Shown here: piece by piece, positions 62,995 to 64,000 of the stretch
How positions within the stretch are numbered: position 1 is the first letter of the stretch
Layout of the letters: the number at the start of each line of letters is the position of its first letter
Assembly (NCBI GenBank): GCA_000388065.2
Contig: KB932203.1
Source of the DNA: Fonticula alba ATCC 38817
Taxonomy: Eukaryota > Protista > Nucleariida
Length of the DNA: 64,000 nucleotides
Direction: 5' to 3' (one strand)
Position numbers and translations under genes: made by a program
Notes under the pieces: generated by a model
Databases searched by the model: none
Seen by the model: the letters and a program-made list of their open reading frames with translations, nothing else
What the model was told of the DNA's origin: nothing

Positions 62995-63274
62995 GAGGGG
63001 GGAGGTGCAACCCGGCAAATGGCCAAAGGGGCAACCGGCAGGGGCCGGTGGGCGGAAAGGTGACGCGGGGAAGGACGCGCGTGTTAGAGTGCCTTCCCGG
63101 GCGATGAGCGCTGGATATGCATGAAAAAGGGAGGGGGGGGGACAATCGGCCGAGCGGAGCAAACGGGCGAAGGGAGGCGGCGGCGGAGGGGGAGGCCGAC
63201 ACGAAGACGCACAGGCGGGCGGGCACCCCGAGGGGCGATCTGCTCCTTGGAATCGGCCGGCGATATGCAGACAT
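60968..63274 (-). CDS. forkhead-box (winged helix) transcription factor; 3' extent unresolved
   Basis: Forkhead domain at ~62440-62680: KPPFSYAVLIQRAIESSPSGKFTLSDIYNWITTNYPFFQD...[32 protein letters not shown]. Probable exons 63227-63274, 62206-62959 and 60968-62066 have compatible phases. Followed by polyQ/polyH. Confidence 0.88.
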
Positions 63275-63949
63275 CGTCCCCGACGATGTCGCTGGCGTCG
63301 CGCCCCGATGCGGGGGGCACGGAGCCGGTCACGTCGGTGCCCATGATGAGTCTCCCGGGAAAAGAAGCCTGGGGCCTTTTCCTGTGCAGTGGCCGGGCGG
63401 GGGCGCGGGGGAGGGCAGGGGAGGGGGAGGGGGGGGGCGGCACACACAACCACATCGAGCGGGCGTGGGCACATGCGCCAGGCGGAGCCGAGGGAGAGGG
63501 GGAGGGGGGGGGGAGTCAGCCAGCCAGGAGTATGGACAACAACACCCGGGGAGGGGGGCGACCGGCAACGGGGAGCGCGACGCACTCAGAGGGGGAATGG
63601 GGGCGCGGAAGACACCCTTCCGGCGACGATGATGGCTGATGGGGGGGGGGGGGGGAAACGAAATCAGCAGGAACCGAACACCATCCGAGTGGTCCTCTGG
63701 AGGGAGACGACAATCGCGACTGGCACACGGGTCACTGGCCACACAAACGCTCAGACAGGGAGGAGAGAAGACGGGGGGGGGGAAGATGCTGCTAATGTGG
63801 ACGATCTGGCTTGCCCGAGATCGCCCTGGCGGCGAGGGGGAAAGAAGCGGCGGAGAGACAGAAGGGATGGGCAACGGTGTCAGCGAAAGGGCGAGCGGCG
63901 GCGGTGGCGACGGCGGCAGCGGCGACGGCGGCGGCACGAGACAATACCG

Positions 63950-63957
63950 TATAAAAA
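63950..63957 (+). promoter_or_regulatory. possible TATA box (TATAAAAG) facing right, out of the window
   Basis: Consensus match in a GC-rich intergenic region upstream of the forkhead gene. The downstream gene is not visible. Confidence 0.25.
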
Positions 63958-64000
63958 GAGACGAAGGGGGGGAAGGGGGGAAGAGAGAGAGAGAGGGGGG

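Overview
High-GC, intron-rich eukaryotic genomic DNA with several N gaps. Introns are short, with GTRYGT-type donors, CTGAC-like branch sites, and many poly-C and (CA)n tracts. The style is reminiscent of the holomycotan amoeba Fonticula, but that is inference only. Gene models below were rebuilt by hand from splice signals and protein motifs, so internal exon borders are approximate. From left to right: a SAC3/GANP-like TREX-2 scaffold (+, 5' truncated), a large Munc13/Unc13-like C2-MUN protein (-), an N-acetylglucosamine kinase (+), a mitochondrial-type Era GTPase with a ~500-aa insertion inside the G domain (-), SGF29 (-), NC2beta/DR1 (+), APC4 (-), VPS13 (-), a very long Gln/Ser/Gly-rich coding region (-) and a forkhead transcription factor (-) that may be the 5' part of that same gene. 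I found no rRNA, tRNA, CRISPR array or recognisable transposon. I found no evidence of a wholly new multi-gene system. The most interesting signals are the unusual architectures of the Munc13-like protein, Era and the forkhead/polyQ locus, plus a two-copy purine-pyrimidine repeat element.
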